DNA from: an uncultured Chloroflexia bacterium
GTDB lineage: Bacteria > Chloroflexota > Limnocylindria > Limnocylindrales > CSP1-4
DNA: 64,000 nt
Direction of reading: 5' to 3'
Assembly (NCBI GenBank): GCA_963700555.1
Contig: CAVOXZ010000017.1
Span: 68,155-132,154, forward strand
Positions 9,646 through 18,599 of the stretch are shown here, piece after piece. Under the pieces are notes generated by a model. The model was not told where the DNA came from. It ran no database searches and was given only the letters and a program-made list of their open reading frames with translations. Every line of letters begins with the position of its first letter. Position 1 is the first letter of the stretch. A program made the translations under genes and the position numbers.

Positions 9646-11041
9646 TCAGGAGGCGCGCACGGCGCGCGTGGTGGAGGGGCGGCGCCGGTGGCCGCCCTCC
9701 CGCTCCCAGATGCCGATGATCGCGGTGGCGAGGTGGGCCGAGTGGTGGCGATGCGCGTTCGCCGGATCGACGATGTCATCGAGCACGAGCCGCGGCCCGG
9801 CGGCCGCCAGGTGCGCGGGCGGCCAGCGGAGCCGGACCGGCTCGCCACGCCAGCCCGCGGGCGGGCGCGCGTCCAAGCCGGTTGTTGGCCAGGACGACAT
9901 CCAGCAGGCTCGCCGCCGCGTGCCGCTCCAGCGCCTCGACATGGTCGGCCAGGTCGTAGCCCCCGGTCTCACCGGCCTGGGTGGCCACGTTGCCGGCGAA
10001 CACGACGAGCGCGCCGGAGGCGTCGATCGCCTCCCGGATCCCCGGCACCAGCAGGGCCGGAAGGATGCTCGTGTACAGGCTGCCGGGCCCGATCACGATC
10101 ATGTCCGCCTCCGCGATCGCCGCCACGGCGTCCTCGCAGGCGGGGACATCCGCCGGCGTGACCCACACCCGCTCCACGCCATCGCTGCGGCCGATCCGGC
10201 TCTGGCCCTCGACCTCGGTGCCGTCACGCAGGCGCGCATGGAGGCTGAGGGCGGTGCCGGTCGCCGGGAGCACCCGGCCACGGACCGCGAGCACACGGTT
10301 CATCTCGCGGACGCCCTCCTCGAAGTCGCCGTCCTCGAGCGCCACCAGGGCGGCCAGGAGCAGGTTGCCCACGGCGTGTCCGCCCAGCCCGACGGAGAGC
10401 GCCTCGGCCTTGCGGGGCGGGGGCGGGCCGGGCTCCGGATCGTCCGCCACCGTCGCCGACCCCGCGACCGGGAATCGATACTGGAGGAGGCGGCCCATGA
10501 CGGGTTCCGCGTCGGCGAGCGCGACGACGCAGTTCCGGATGTCGCCCACGGCCGGGATGCCCAGCTCTGTCCGCAGCACGCCGGACGATCCGCCATCGTC
10601 GGCGACCGTCACGACCGCGGTCAGGTTGGAGGTGTGCTCCTTGAGGCCTCGCAGCAGCGCGGACAGGCCCGTCCCGCCGCCCACGGCGACCACGCGCGGA
10701 CCCCGGGCCAGGAACCGCTTCTGGTAGATGACCTCGACCATCGGCTGGTCGCGGCCCCAGAGCGTGTACGGGTCCACCAGGGCGCGCACCAGCCGGTAGG
10801 CGCCGAGGATGAACAGCGCGAGACCGACGGCTCCCGCGATGAGCCCGCGCAGCTGGTAGGGCAGGAACTGCAGGGTCAGCGCGTCGAGGACCGTCGTGAC
10901 CGGACCGCCGGGCGCGGCCGACGCGGTGACCTGGCGGATCAGGTGCGCGACCCCGATGGCCAGGACGAGCAGGCCGAGGAAGGCGACCAGGAGCCAGCGC
11001 TTGACGCCGATCCCGATCGTCAGCCAGCGGCGAAGATTCAC
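9646..11041 (-). pseudogene. yvcK: YvcK/CofD-like gluconeogenesis factor, frame broken once as assembled
   Basis: The N-terminal part is in ORF 9776..11149 ('VVAVGGGTGLSALLRGLK', 'VTVADDGGSSG'). The C-terminal ~75 aa ('GLDARPPAGW..LVLDDIVDPANAHRHHSAHLATAI') is in ORF 9646..9972. The join is at ~9884 (1 extra base; length = 3n+1). GTG 11041 overlaps the rapZ stop. Confidence 0.85.
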
Positions 11042-11997
11042 CGTTCCAGCTCGCGATGGAACACCGAGACGGGTCCGAAGTCCCGGTCCCGGAGCCACGT
11101 TGCCAGCTCCTCGCTCATCACGACCGAGCGGTGCCAGCCGCCCGTGCACCCGATCGCGATCGTGAGCCGGGTCTTGCCCTCGTCGACGTAGGCCGGAACG
11201 AGCAGGTCCAGGAGGTCCTTGAGCCGGTCGAGGAACGCGGCCGCGATGGGCTGGCCGAGGACGTACTCGCGCACCTCCGGCGTGAGGCCGGAAAGCGGTC
11301 GCAGGGCCTCGATGTAGTGGGGGTTCGTCATGAACCGGACATCGAGCACGAGGTCCGCCTCGAGCGGCACGCCGTACTTGAAGCCGAAGCTGATGAGCTG
11401 GATCGAGAGCCGGTCCGAGCCCTGGACATCGCCCAGGCGCGTGAAGATCCGCTCCCGCAGCTCCCGGAGCGCCAGGTCGCTGGTGTCGAGGATCACGTCG
11501 GCCTGGGAGCGGACCGAGTCCAGCATCGCCCGCTCCAGCTCGATGGAGGCGGCGATCCCCCGCTCGTCGGCCAGCGGGTGCCGGTGACGCGTCTCGCTGA
11601 AGCGGCGGATCAGGATCTCGTCCCGCGCCTCGAGGAAGATGATGATCGGGCGGATCCCGCGCCCTTCGAGCGCGCCCCGCATGGCCCCGAAGGCCAGCGG
11701 CACGTCGCCCGTCCTGACGTCGAGGACGATCGCGGTCCGCCCGTACCGCACGGGCTCGGTGGCGATCAGGTCAGCGAGGTCGCGCAGCAGCTCGCCCGGC
11801 AGGTTGTCGACCACCACGTAGCCCAGGTCCTCGAACAGCTTCGCGGCCGCCGTCTTGCCGCCGCCCGACAAGCCGGTGAGGACCACGACCTGCTGGTCGT
11901 CGGGCGGAGCCTGGCCGACCGCCCCGGGGCCGGCGGTCCAGGACTCACGCTCGAGATCCTCCGCGGGGTCGCGGAGGGGCGGCTCGTCGTTCGTCAT
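11038..11997 (-). CDS. rapZ: RNase adapter / nucleotide-binding protein RapZ (YvcJ)
   Basis: Walker A 'LTGLSGGGKTAAAK'. ATG 11997 ('MTNDEPPL..'). 320 codons. Confidence 0.9.
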   Translation of the reverse strand: MTNDEPPLRDPAEDLERESWTAGPGAVGQAPPDDQQVVVLTGLSGGGKTAAAKLFEDLGYVVVDNLPGELLRDLADLIATEPVRYGRTAIVLDVRTGDVPLAFGAMRGALEGRGIRPIIIFLEARDEILIRRFSETRHRHPLADERGIAASIELERAMLDSVRSQADVILDTSDLALRELRERIFTRLGDVQGSDRLSIQLISFGFKYGVPLEADLVLDVRFMTNPHYIEALRPLSGLTPEVREYVLGQPIAAAFLDRLKDLLDLLVPAYVDEGKTRLTIAIGCTGGWHRSVVMSEELATWLRDRDFGPVSVFHRELER

Positions 11998-12013
11998 GCC
12001 ACCTCCCGGCGGC

Positions 12014-12844
12014 TCACTTGCCACTGCGCCTGATGAACAGGATCGTGCCTTCAAAGAGCAGGTACATGGTGCCACCGAGCGCCAGCGGGCTGACGACATC
12101 GCCGCCGGGTGTGATGGCCGCGGCAAAGATGGCGATCCCGAGCAGCGCGACCCGCCGGGATGCCTTGAGCCGCGCCGAGGTGACAATGCCGACGCGGGAC
12201 AGCCCGAACAAGACGATCGGGAACTCCATGACCAGGCCGAACGCCAGGAAGATCGTGGTCACGAAGTCGAAGTAGGGACCAGCCGCGAGGTTGCCGACCA
12301 GCCGGTTGTCCGTGAACCCGAGCAGGAATCCGACGGCGGCTGGCAGCACGACGTAGGCGATCACGACGCCGAGGGCGAAGAAGAACAGGGCGAGCGGGAT
12401 CCACGGCCGGACGACGCGCTTCTCCACGTCCGTGAGACCGGGGGACACGAAGGCCCAGACCTGCCACAGCAGCACCGGCATCGCGAGGATGATCCCGGTC
12501 ACGACCGAGATGCGCAGCGCAATCGCGAAGGCATCGCCCGGCCCGAGGACCTGGACAGTGCCCGGGACGACGACGCCGTCAACGACGGTCGACAGGGGCG
12601 CGAGGAGCACGTTGCGGATCTGCTCCCAGAAGATGAACCCGACCACGCTTCCCAAGGCGATCGCGATCACCGACTTGATCAGCCGGTTGCGGAGCTCGAC
12701 GAGGTGGTCGACGAGCGACATCTCGCCAGGCGCCGACGCCGGCAACGGGGCGGGCGAGGCCGGCACCGGGCCCGGGTCCGGCGGTGCGGGATCCGGCACG
12801 CGGGCCGGGGCGGTGCCGTCGGTGACGGCTTCGACGTCGGCCAT
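12014..12844 (-). CDS. tatC: Twin-arginine translocase subunit TatC
   Basis: 'MSLVDHLVELRNRLIKSVIAI..' core with six hydrophobic segments. Proline-rich N-terminal extension. Confidence 0.9.
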   Translation of the reverse strand: MADVEAVTDGTAPARVPDPAPPDPGPVPASPAPLPASAPGEMSLVDHLVELRNRLIKSVIAIALGSVVGFIFWEQIRNVLLAPLSTVVDGVVVPGTVQVLGPGDAFAIALRISVVTGIILAMPVLLWQVWAFVSPGLTDVEKRVVRPWIPLALFFFALGVVIAYVVLPAAVGFLLGFTDNRLVGNLAAGPYFDFVTTIFLAFGLVMEFPIVLFGLSRVGIVTSARLKASRRVALLGIAIFAAAITPGGDVVSPLALGGTMYLLFEGTILFIRRSGK

Positions 12845-12874
12845 GCAGGCGCGGTCCGGGGTGTCGTGGACGCG

Positions 12875-13291
12875 CTACGCCGAGGGCGTGGGCTGCTGCT
12901 CGTCGACCGGGGTGGCCTCCGCGGGCCACTCGGACTCGGGCTCCGTGGCGGCTGCCTTGGGCTCCGGCTCCGTGGCGGCTGCCTCGGGCTCCGCGGCGGC
13001 TGCCTGGGGCTCCGCGGCGGCTGCCTGGGTGGGCGGCAGGGTGGGCACGGGCGGAGCCGAGGTGACCGCGGCAGGTGGGGTCGCGGTGGTGGCCGGGGTC
13101 GAGGGCGTCGATGCCGGCGCGGACGGGGCGTCCATGCTCGTGGACTCCTTCACGTCGGACGCCGCCTTGCGGAACTCGCGGATGCTCTTGCCCAGCGACG
13201 CGCCGACATCGGGCAGCCGGCCGGGGCCGACGACGATGAGCGCGATGATCAGGACGATGATGAGCTCACCCGGTCCGATGTTGAACGGCAT
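12875..13291 (-). CDS. tatA: Twin-arginine translocase subunit TatA/E with a repetitive Ala/Glu/Pro C-terminal tail
   Basis: ATG 13291. 'MPFNIGPGELIIVLIIALIVVGPGRLPDVGASLGKSIREFRKA' is canonical TatA. Confidence 0.85.
   Translation of the reverse strand: MPFNIGPGELIIVLIIALIVVGPGRLPDVGASLGKSIREFRKAASDVKESTSMDAPSAPASTPSTPATTATPPAAVTSAPPVPTLPPTQAAAAEPQAAAAEPEAAATEPEPKAAATEPESEWPAEATPVDEQQPTPSA
12938..13027. repeat. Coding tandem repeat in the tatA tail (exact 21-nt unit x2 at 12986-13027 plus two degenerate copies)
   Basis: GGGCTCCGCGGCGGCTGCCTG is repeated exactly at 12986 and 13007, with related copies at 12938-12985. It encodes AAAEPQ/AAAEPE/AAATEPE. Confidence 0.85.
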
Positions 13292-13343
13292 GACCTGCGT
13301 GGACCTCGTGGCGGAGCGGCCTGCTCCCGGGTTCCGAAGGGCG

Positions 13344-14223
13344 TCAGGGTAGCACAGCGAGGCTCGCCGACCACGCTCGCGCGGCCTCCGCCAGCCGCAC
13401 TCCCGGGTCCCCGGATTCGCCTCCCGGCGGCGTGTCGAGGGCCGCTCGGGCGATCCCCCTCGACACGTTGACCAGGAGGCCGCCGCCGGGGCGACGACCG
13501 GCCGGCGCCGCGACCGCCGGCCCGTGGGCCAGCACCGGCTCGATGTCACCCCCCTGGGCGCCGACGCCCGGCACGAGGAAGGCGAGCCCGGGTGCCACCG
13601 CCCGGATCGCCGCGAGCTCGGCCGGGGCTGTCGCACCAACCACCAGCCCGACCGTGCCGCCGGGTCCCCACGTCGTCGCCCGGCGGGCGACCCGTGCCCA
13701 GAGCGGCTCCGACGGAAACCCAGCCGCCTCGTCGTCGCCGACCTCGAGGCCCTGCAGCTCGGCGGCCCCGGCGTTCGAGGTCCGGCACAGGACATAGGCG
13801 AAGCGTTCCGCTCGCTCCAGGAGCGGGGCGATGGCCTCCTCGCCGAGATACGGGTTCACGGTGACCGCGTCGACCCCGAGGACGTCGAACAGGGCGACGG
13901 CCTGCCGGGCGGCGGTGGACCCGATGTCACCGCGCTTGGCGTCGGCGATCACCGGCACGTCGGCCGGGATGCGGGCGCGGAGCCGCTCGAGGGCCGCGAT
14001 CCCGGCGGAGCCGAACGCCTCGAAGAACGCCAGGTTGGGCTTGACGGCGGCAGCGTACGGGAGCGACGCCTCGAGGATCAGCCGCGAGAACGCCTCGACG
14101 CCGCCGAGGCCGGGCTGCGAAGCCGCGCGGGAGGGCGGCGGGGTCCGGGTCGAGCCCGACGCACAGGACCGTGCGCGTCGACGCGGAGCGGGCCGCGAGC
14201 CGTTCGAGGTACGACGCCGTCAC
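13344..14223 (-). pseudogene. pyrF: Orotidine 5'-phosphate decarboxylase (type 2), frame broken once as assembled
   Basis: 'VTASYLERLAARSASTRTVLCVGLDPDP' (GTG 14223, overlapping the upstream stop) continues after ~14112 in the frame of ORF 13344..13958 ('..AAVKPNLAFFEAFG..VIADAKRGDIGST'). Length = 3n+1. Confidence 0.8.
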
Positions 14224-15491
14224 GAGCCCGACGGCGAGACGACGGGAGCCGGCGGCGGTGTGGGCGACGGCAACTGGTCCTGCGGGATCCACCAGTCCGG
14301 CCGCGACACGCTCTCGAGGCCGGCGTTGGTCGTCAGGTCGACCGTGTCGTCGACGGTCCACGCGGGCGCCGAACCCCCCAGCACCGCGAGCCGCAGGTCC
14401 ACGACCTGCCCGGACACATGCAGGTACGCGATCTGGTCCCCGGCCGGCGACCACACGGGGCCCCAGCTGTCGTCGTCGGTCGTGATCCGCACGAGCTCGG
14501 CGCCCGTCCCCGCGTCCAGGATGACCACGTCCGTCCCGAAGGAGCTGGTTCGTGTCGCTGCGAGGTATCGCCCGTCGGGCGACCACGCCGGGTGCAGGTA
14601 GCCGGGACCCGTGATGGGCCTGGACCTGCCGGTGGACGGGATGTAGACGTAGATGCGAGGCGTGCCCTTGGCTCCGTCTCGGTCGTTGCGCACGTAGGCG
14701 ACGCGCTGGCCGTCCGGGCGCCAGGCCGCGTCCTGGTGTCCGAGCGGCGACCGCTGGTCGAGGCCCGGGTCCGTGATCCTGCCGTTCTTGAGGGTGAGGA
14801 GCTTGAGCGTGACGTCGCTGCGGGTGGGGTCCGGCATGTCGCTGGTCATGGCGATCGTGCTGCCGTCCGGCGACACCACCGGATTGCGGATGTAGCCCAT
14901 CCACTTGAGCGTGCCTGCCGGGTCCACGAGGCCGTCGTAGACCTTGGTGACCGGCCCGTCGGCGGTGGGAATGCGCATGATCGCCGGCACGTCCATGTTG
15001 TACTTGCGGATCACCCCGTTCACGCTCCAGGCACCCTCCATCGCCCGGGTGCGCACGAAGTAGACCGCGCTCCCATCTTCCGAGAACGACGGCATGCTGT
15101 CCCGGCCGCTGTTGGTGAGCTGCTTCGCCTGCCCGTCCGCCTGCAGCCAGACGTTGCCGTCCTTGGCATACACGATCGTGCCGGGGATCTCGAGCCCCGG
15201 CTCCTCGGTCGGCACGACCACGACGCCCGACGGCGTCGGGGTCTTCATCACCCCCGGGTCGTCCGTGGCCGCCGGCCCCCCGCTGCCGTCGCCGTTGCCG
15301 CTGCCGCCGCCACCGAAGCTCGGCAGCTGGCCCCACAGCAGCGAGAGCGACACGGCGGCGACGAGCACCAGCCCCACCACCGACACGATCGGGGCGATCG
15401 GGGTTCCCGCGGGGAGCAGCCCGTAGGGATCCCGGCCGGACGGCGGACGGGGGGCGGCGCGGGGGCGATCCGTGCGCGCAGACCGGCTCAT
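14220..15491 (-). CDS. TolB-like beta-propeller (PD40/WD40-like repeat) membrane-anchored protein
   Basis: N-terminal TM helix followed by repeated motifs 'SEDGSAVYF', 'SPDGSTIAMTSD', 'RPDGQRVAYVRND', 'SPDGRYLAATR', 'SPAGDQIAYLH'. ATG 15491 overlaps the recJ stop (ATGA). Confidence 0.6.
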   Translation of the reverse strand: MSRSARTDRPRAAPRPPSGRDPYGLLPAGTPIAPIVSVVGLVLVAAVSLSLLWGQLPSFGGGGSGNGDGSGGPAATDDPGVMKTPTPSGVVVVPTEEPGLEIPGTIVYAKDGNVWLQADGQAKQLTNSGRDSMPSFSEDGSAVYFVRTRAMEGAWSVNGVIRKYNMDVPAIMRIPTADGPVTKVYDGLVDPAGTLKWMGYIRNPVVSPDGSTIAMTSDMPDPTRSDVTLKLLTLKNGRITDPGLDQRSPLGHQDAAWRPDGQRVAYVRNDRDGAKGTPRIYVYIPSTGRSRPITGPGYLHPAWSPDGRYLAATRTSSFGTDVVILDAGTGAELVRITTDDDSWGPVWSPAGDQIAYLHVSGQVVDLRLAVLGGSAPAWTVDDTVDLTTNAGLESVSRPDWWIPQDQLPSPTPPPAPVVSPSGS

Positions 15492-17365
15492 GCGATGCCT
15501 CCGGGGACGGGCACGGCAGCACCGGGCCCGACGGGTGTGCCGGCCCTGCCGGCGGCTCGCTCCAGGACCTCCCTGGCCCGCGGATGGGAACCGCTGGCGG
15601 CCACGTCACGGACCTCGAGCTGGAGCGTCTCCAGGCCACCGAAGACCCGGCTCGCGAGACGAGCGACGACGTCGACCCGATCCCCCTCGACCAGGTGCAC
15701 GGCCAGGTCTGCCCGGCCGAACGCGATCCCGTCGATGACGTCGCGCTCCCGGCGGAGGACAAGCTGGGTGTGACCGCCGTTCGCGGCCCGCACGCGCTGC
15801 ACGGTGAGCCCGAGGACGGCGACCAGCGGCTCGGGGTTGCCCGGGCCGCACGGCGCCAGCCGGGCCAGGTCCCGGTACAGGGCGTAATCGACGTACTCGG
15901 CCGGGAGCGCGAGGTCCACGGCCAGGGGTGTCCGCGGATCGAGCGGGCCGGCCGCGGCGGCCAGCGCCAGGAACCGCTCCGAGAAGGCCTCCCAGCGGTC
16001 GAGCGGGAGCTCGAAGCCCGCCGCTGCCGCGTGGCCGCCGAAGCGGACGAACAGGTCCCCGCAGGCGGCGAGCATCTCCGCGAGATCCAGGCGGCCGTCG
16101 CTGCGGCACGAGGCGCGGATGACATCGCCCACGACGGTGCCGATCACGGCCGGGCGCCCGGCCTCGTCGGCGAGGCGTCCCGCCACGAGGCCGATGATCC
16201 CGATCGGCCACGGTCCGTGGGCAACGATGGCGGGGGCGGAACCGTCGCCCGCGACGACGACCGGGGGCACATCGGTGCGAGCCTCCGGCACCAGCGGCTC
16301 CTGGCCGGGAACCGCTCCCGGGTCCGGCAGGCCGATCGCGGCGCGGGCCTCGGCGATCGCGGCCCGCATCAGGTCCTTGCGGGTCGAGTTGGCGGCCTCC
16401 AGCGTGGCCGCCAGCTCCGCGGCCTCGGCCGGCGTCTCCGCCAGCAGCAGGCGGGCGGCATCGAGGGCCTCCCCCACCCGTCCGGCCGCGTTGAGCCGGG
16501 GTGCCAGGACGAACCCGACCGTCTCGAGGTCGACTGTCGCGGGTGCCACGCGGGCGCGCTCGAGCAGCGCGGCGATCCCCGGGCGCGGGGTGGTGCGCAT
16601 CCGCTCGAGGCCGAGCCTCGCGATCGCACGGTTCTCGCCCAGGATGGGCGCCACGTCCGACACGGTGCCGATGGTGGCCAGCTCGGCGAGGTCGAGCGCG
16701 TCAGCCTCCGACCCCGCCAGCTCGCCCAGCAGGAGGCGGGCCACCGTGAACGCGACTCCCGAACCCGACAGCTCCGGGTCGGGGTACGCGGAATCCGCGC
16801 GGTGGGGATTGACGATCGCCACCGCCGCGGGGAGCACCGGCGGCAGGTGGTGGTGGTCGGTGACGATGACGTCGATCCCGCGAGCCCCGGCCTCGGCGAT
16901 CTCGGCGACGCTCGTGGATCCCGTGTCCACCGTGATGATGAGCGCCTGGCCCAGGCGCTCGGCCGTCTCCACGGCGGCCATCGACAGGCCGTGGCCCTCC
17001 TCGAGGCGGGACGGGACGTACGGCTGCGCGTCGAGCCCGAGCCGCCGGAGGGCGATGACCAGCTGGGCGAGGCCGGTCAGTCCGTCCGCGTCGAAGTCGC
17101 CGAAGACCATGATCCGCTCGGCGTGCTGCCGGGCCCGCCGGATGCGCTCGACCACGAGGGCGGCATCCGGCAGGAGCCGCGGATCGTTCAGGCCGTCCCG
17201 CGCCGGTCCGAGGAAGGCGGCCAGGGCCGCCTCGTCCGCGATGCCGCGGCGGGCCATCACGGTGGCGGCGAAGGTGCCGACGCCAAGCGCCCGCGCGGCC
17301 GCACGCAGGCCGGGCTCGAGACGGAGAGGGTCAGGGAACACCCACCGGTGCCGTGCTTCGATCAT
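15488..17365 (-). CDS. recJ: Single-stranded-DNA-specific exonuclease RecJ
   Basis: DHH motifs 'VFGDFDADGLTG', 'ITVDTGS', 'VIVTDHHH'. ATG 17365 ('MIEARHRWVF'). Confidence 0.85.
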   Translation of the reverse strand: MIEARHRWVFPDPLRLEPGLRAAARALGVGTFAATVMARRGIADEAALAAFLGPARDGLNDPRLLPDAALVVERIRRARQHAERIMVFGDFDADGLTGLAQLVIALRRLGLDAQPYVPSRLEEGHGLSMAAVETAERLGQALIITVDTGSTSVAEIAEAGARGIDVIVTDHHHLPPVLPAAVAIVNPHRADSAYPDPELSGSGVAFTVARLLLGELAGSEADALDLAELATIGTVSDVAPILGENRAIARLGLERMRTTPRPGIAALLERARVAPATVDLETVGFVLAPRLNAAGRVGEALDAARLLLAETPAEAAELAATLEAANSTRKDLMRAAIAEARAAIGLPDPGAVPGQEPLVPEARTDVPPVVVAGDGSAPAIVAHGPWPIGIIGLVAGRLADEAGRPAVIGTVVGDVIRASCRSDGRLDLAEMLAACGDLFVRFGGHAAAAGFELPLDRWEAFSERFLALAAAAGPLDPRTPLAVDLALPAEYVDYALYRDLARLAPCGPGNPEPLVAVLGLTVQRVRAANGGHTQLVLRRERDVIDGIAFGRADLAVHLVEGDRVDVVARLASRVFGGLETLQLEVRDVAASGSHPRAREVLERAAGRAGTPVGPGAAVPVPGGIA

Positions 17366-17453
17366 CGGACGCAGGATGCCACGGCGGACGTAACTGCCAC
17401 TTGCCGGTGGCACGGAGCGGGCGACGGGCCCCGGCGACAACCGGGCCCCAGGG

Positions 17454-18599
17454 TCACGTGGCCGCGCGGCGGCTTGGGCGAGCCGCGAGCTCGCGGCCCT
17501 TCCGGCGGTCTTCCCAGAGGTGCCAGACCACGAGGAGCGGGCTCGCGTTGAAGATCGACGAGTACGTCCCGGACACGATGCCCAGCAGCAGCGCCAGGAC
17601 GAAGGTGCCGATCGCCTCGCCCGCGAACAGGAGCAGCGCGAGGAGGGTGATGACGACCGTGAGGCTGGTGGTGATCGACCGGCCGAACGTCTGGAGGATC
17701 GAATGGTTGACGATCCGGTCGAACGGCTCCCCGACGTGGCGGGCGCGGTTCTCGCGGACCCGGTCGAACACGACGATCGTGTCGTGGACCGAGAAGCCGA
17801 TGACGGTCAGCATCGCGGTCACGAACAGGCTGTCGATCTGGAGTCCCACCAGCGTGCCGAGGATCGCGAAGATGCCGACCACGACGAGCACGTCGTGGAG
17901 CAGCGCGATCAGGGCGCAGACACCCATCTTGAAGTCACGGAACCGGTAGGTGATCCAGAGCAGGATCCCGATCGAGCCGAAGAAGATCAGGGTCAGCGCC
18001 TGGAGGATCAGGTCGCTCGAGACGACGGCGCCGACCGAGGTCAGCGACTGCTGCTCGGCGATGGGACCCAGCTGGTCCTCGAGGGCGAACCGCACCTCGC
18101 CCAGCTTGCCCGTGGAGGGCAGCGTCTCGCCGACACCCGCCGAGGGAGAAGGTGACGGGGCGGCGGAGGCGGCGGCGCTGGCTGAGGGCGCAGCGCTCGG
18201 GGATGCCGATGGCGCGACCGAGGCGGACGGCGCGACGGATGCCGCCGGCGAGGCCGAGGCGTCAACCGGGGCCGACGGCAGGACGGACGGCAGCGGCGTC
18301 GCCACCGGGGCCGGCGCGGCCAGGGCGGCCTCCTTGGTGCGGATCTCGATGAAGTCGCCCGTCTTCGCGGCGCTGGCGCTGTAGCCCTCGGCGGCAACGA
18401 TGACCCTGACCTGGTCGGGCGTGACGTCGGGGTCCTCGAAGCGGATGCTCCAGACGGTGCCGCCCGTGAAGTCGATCGCGTACTGGAGGCCGACCGCACC
18501 CCCGGTGATCGGTCCGAGGACGATGAAGATCAGGCCCGGGATGGTGATGAGCAGCGAGAAGGCGAAGAACCACCTCCGCTTGCCGATGACGTCAAACAC
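17454..18599 (-). CDS. secF: Protein translocase subunit SecF with a ~65-aa Ala/Pro/Ser-rich periplasmic insertion
   Basis: 381-aa ORF with a conserved SecF TM core ('FRDFKMGVCALIALLHDVLVVVGIFA..'). The insertion is at aa ~92-157 (nt 18129-18326). Confidence 0.9.
   Translation of the reverse strand: MFDVIGKRRWFFAFSLLITIPGLIFIVLGPITGGAVGLQYAIDFTGGTVWSIRFEDPDVTPDQVRVIVAAEGYSASAAKTGDFIEIRTKEAALAAPAPVATPLPSVLPSAPVDASASPAASVAPSASVAPSASPSAAPSASAAASAAPSPSPSAGVGETLPSTGKLGEVRFALEDQLGPIAEQQSLTSVGAVVSSDLILQALTLIFFGSIGILLWITYRFRDFKMGVCALIALLHDVLVVVGIFAILGTLVGLQIDSLFVTAMLTVIGFSVHDTIVVFDRVRENRARHVGEPFDRIVNHSILQTFGRSITTSLTVVITLLALLLFAGEAIGTFVLALLLGIVSGTYSSIFNASPLLVVWHLWEDRRKGRELAARPSRRAAT

Noticed and set aside
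12938-13027. Short tandem repeats as a possible CRISPR or VNTR locus
   Set aside because: The unit is 21 nt with no spacers. It lies entirely in frame within the tatA coding tail and encodes AAAEP-type repeats.
13524-17551. Long overlapping ORFs (13524..15773 +, 13927..16125 -, 15584..17551 +), plus similar cases at 1922..3892 +, 24063..26402 +, 8897..11191 + and 56947..59271 -
   Set aside because: Their composition is dominated by Arg/Pro/Gly/Ala and carries no motifs. They lie antisense or out of frame to genes with clear homology-type motifs (recJ, TolB-like, htpX/lemA, nucleotidase, yvcK, dnaE). They are shadow ORFs.
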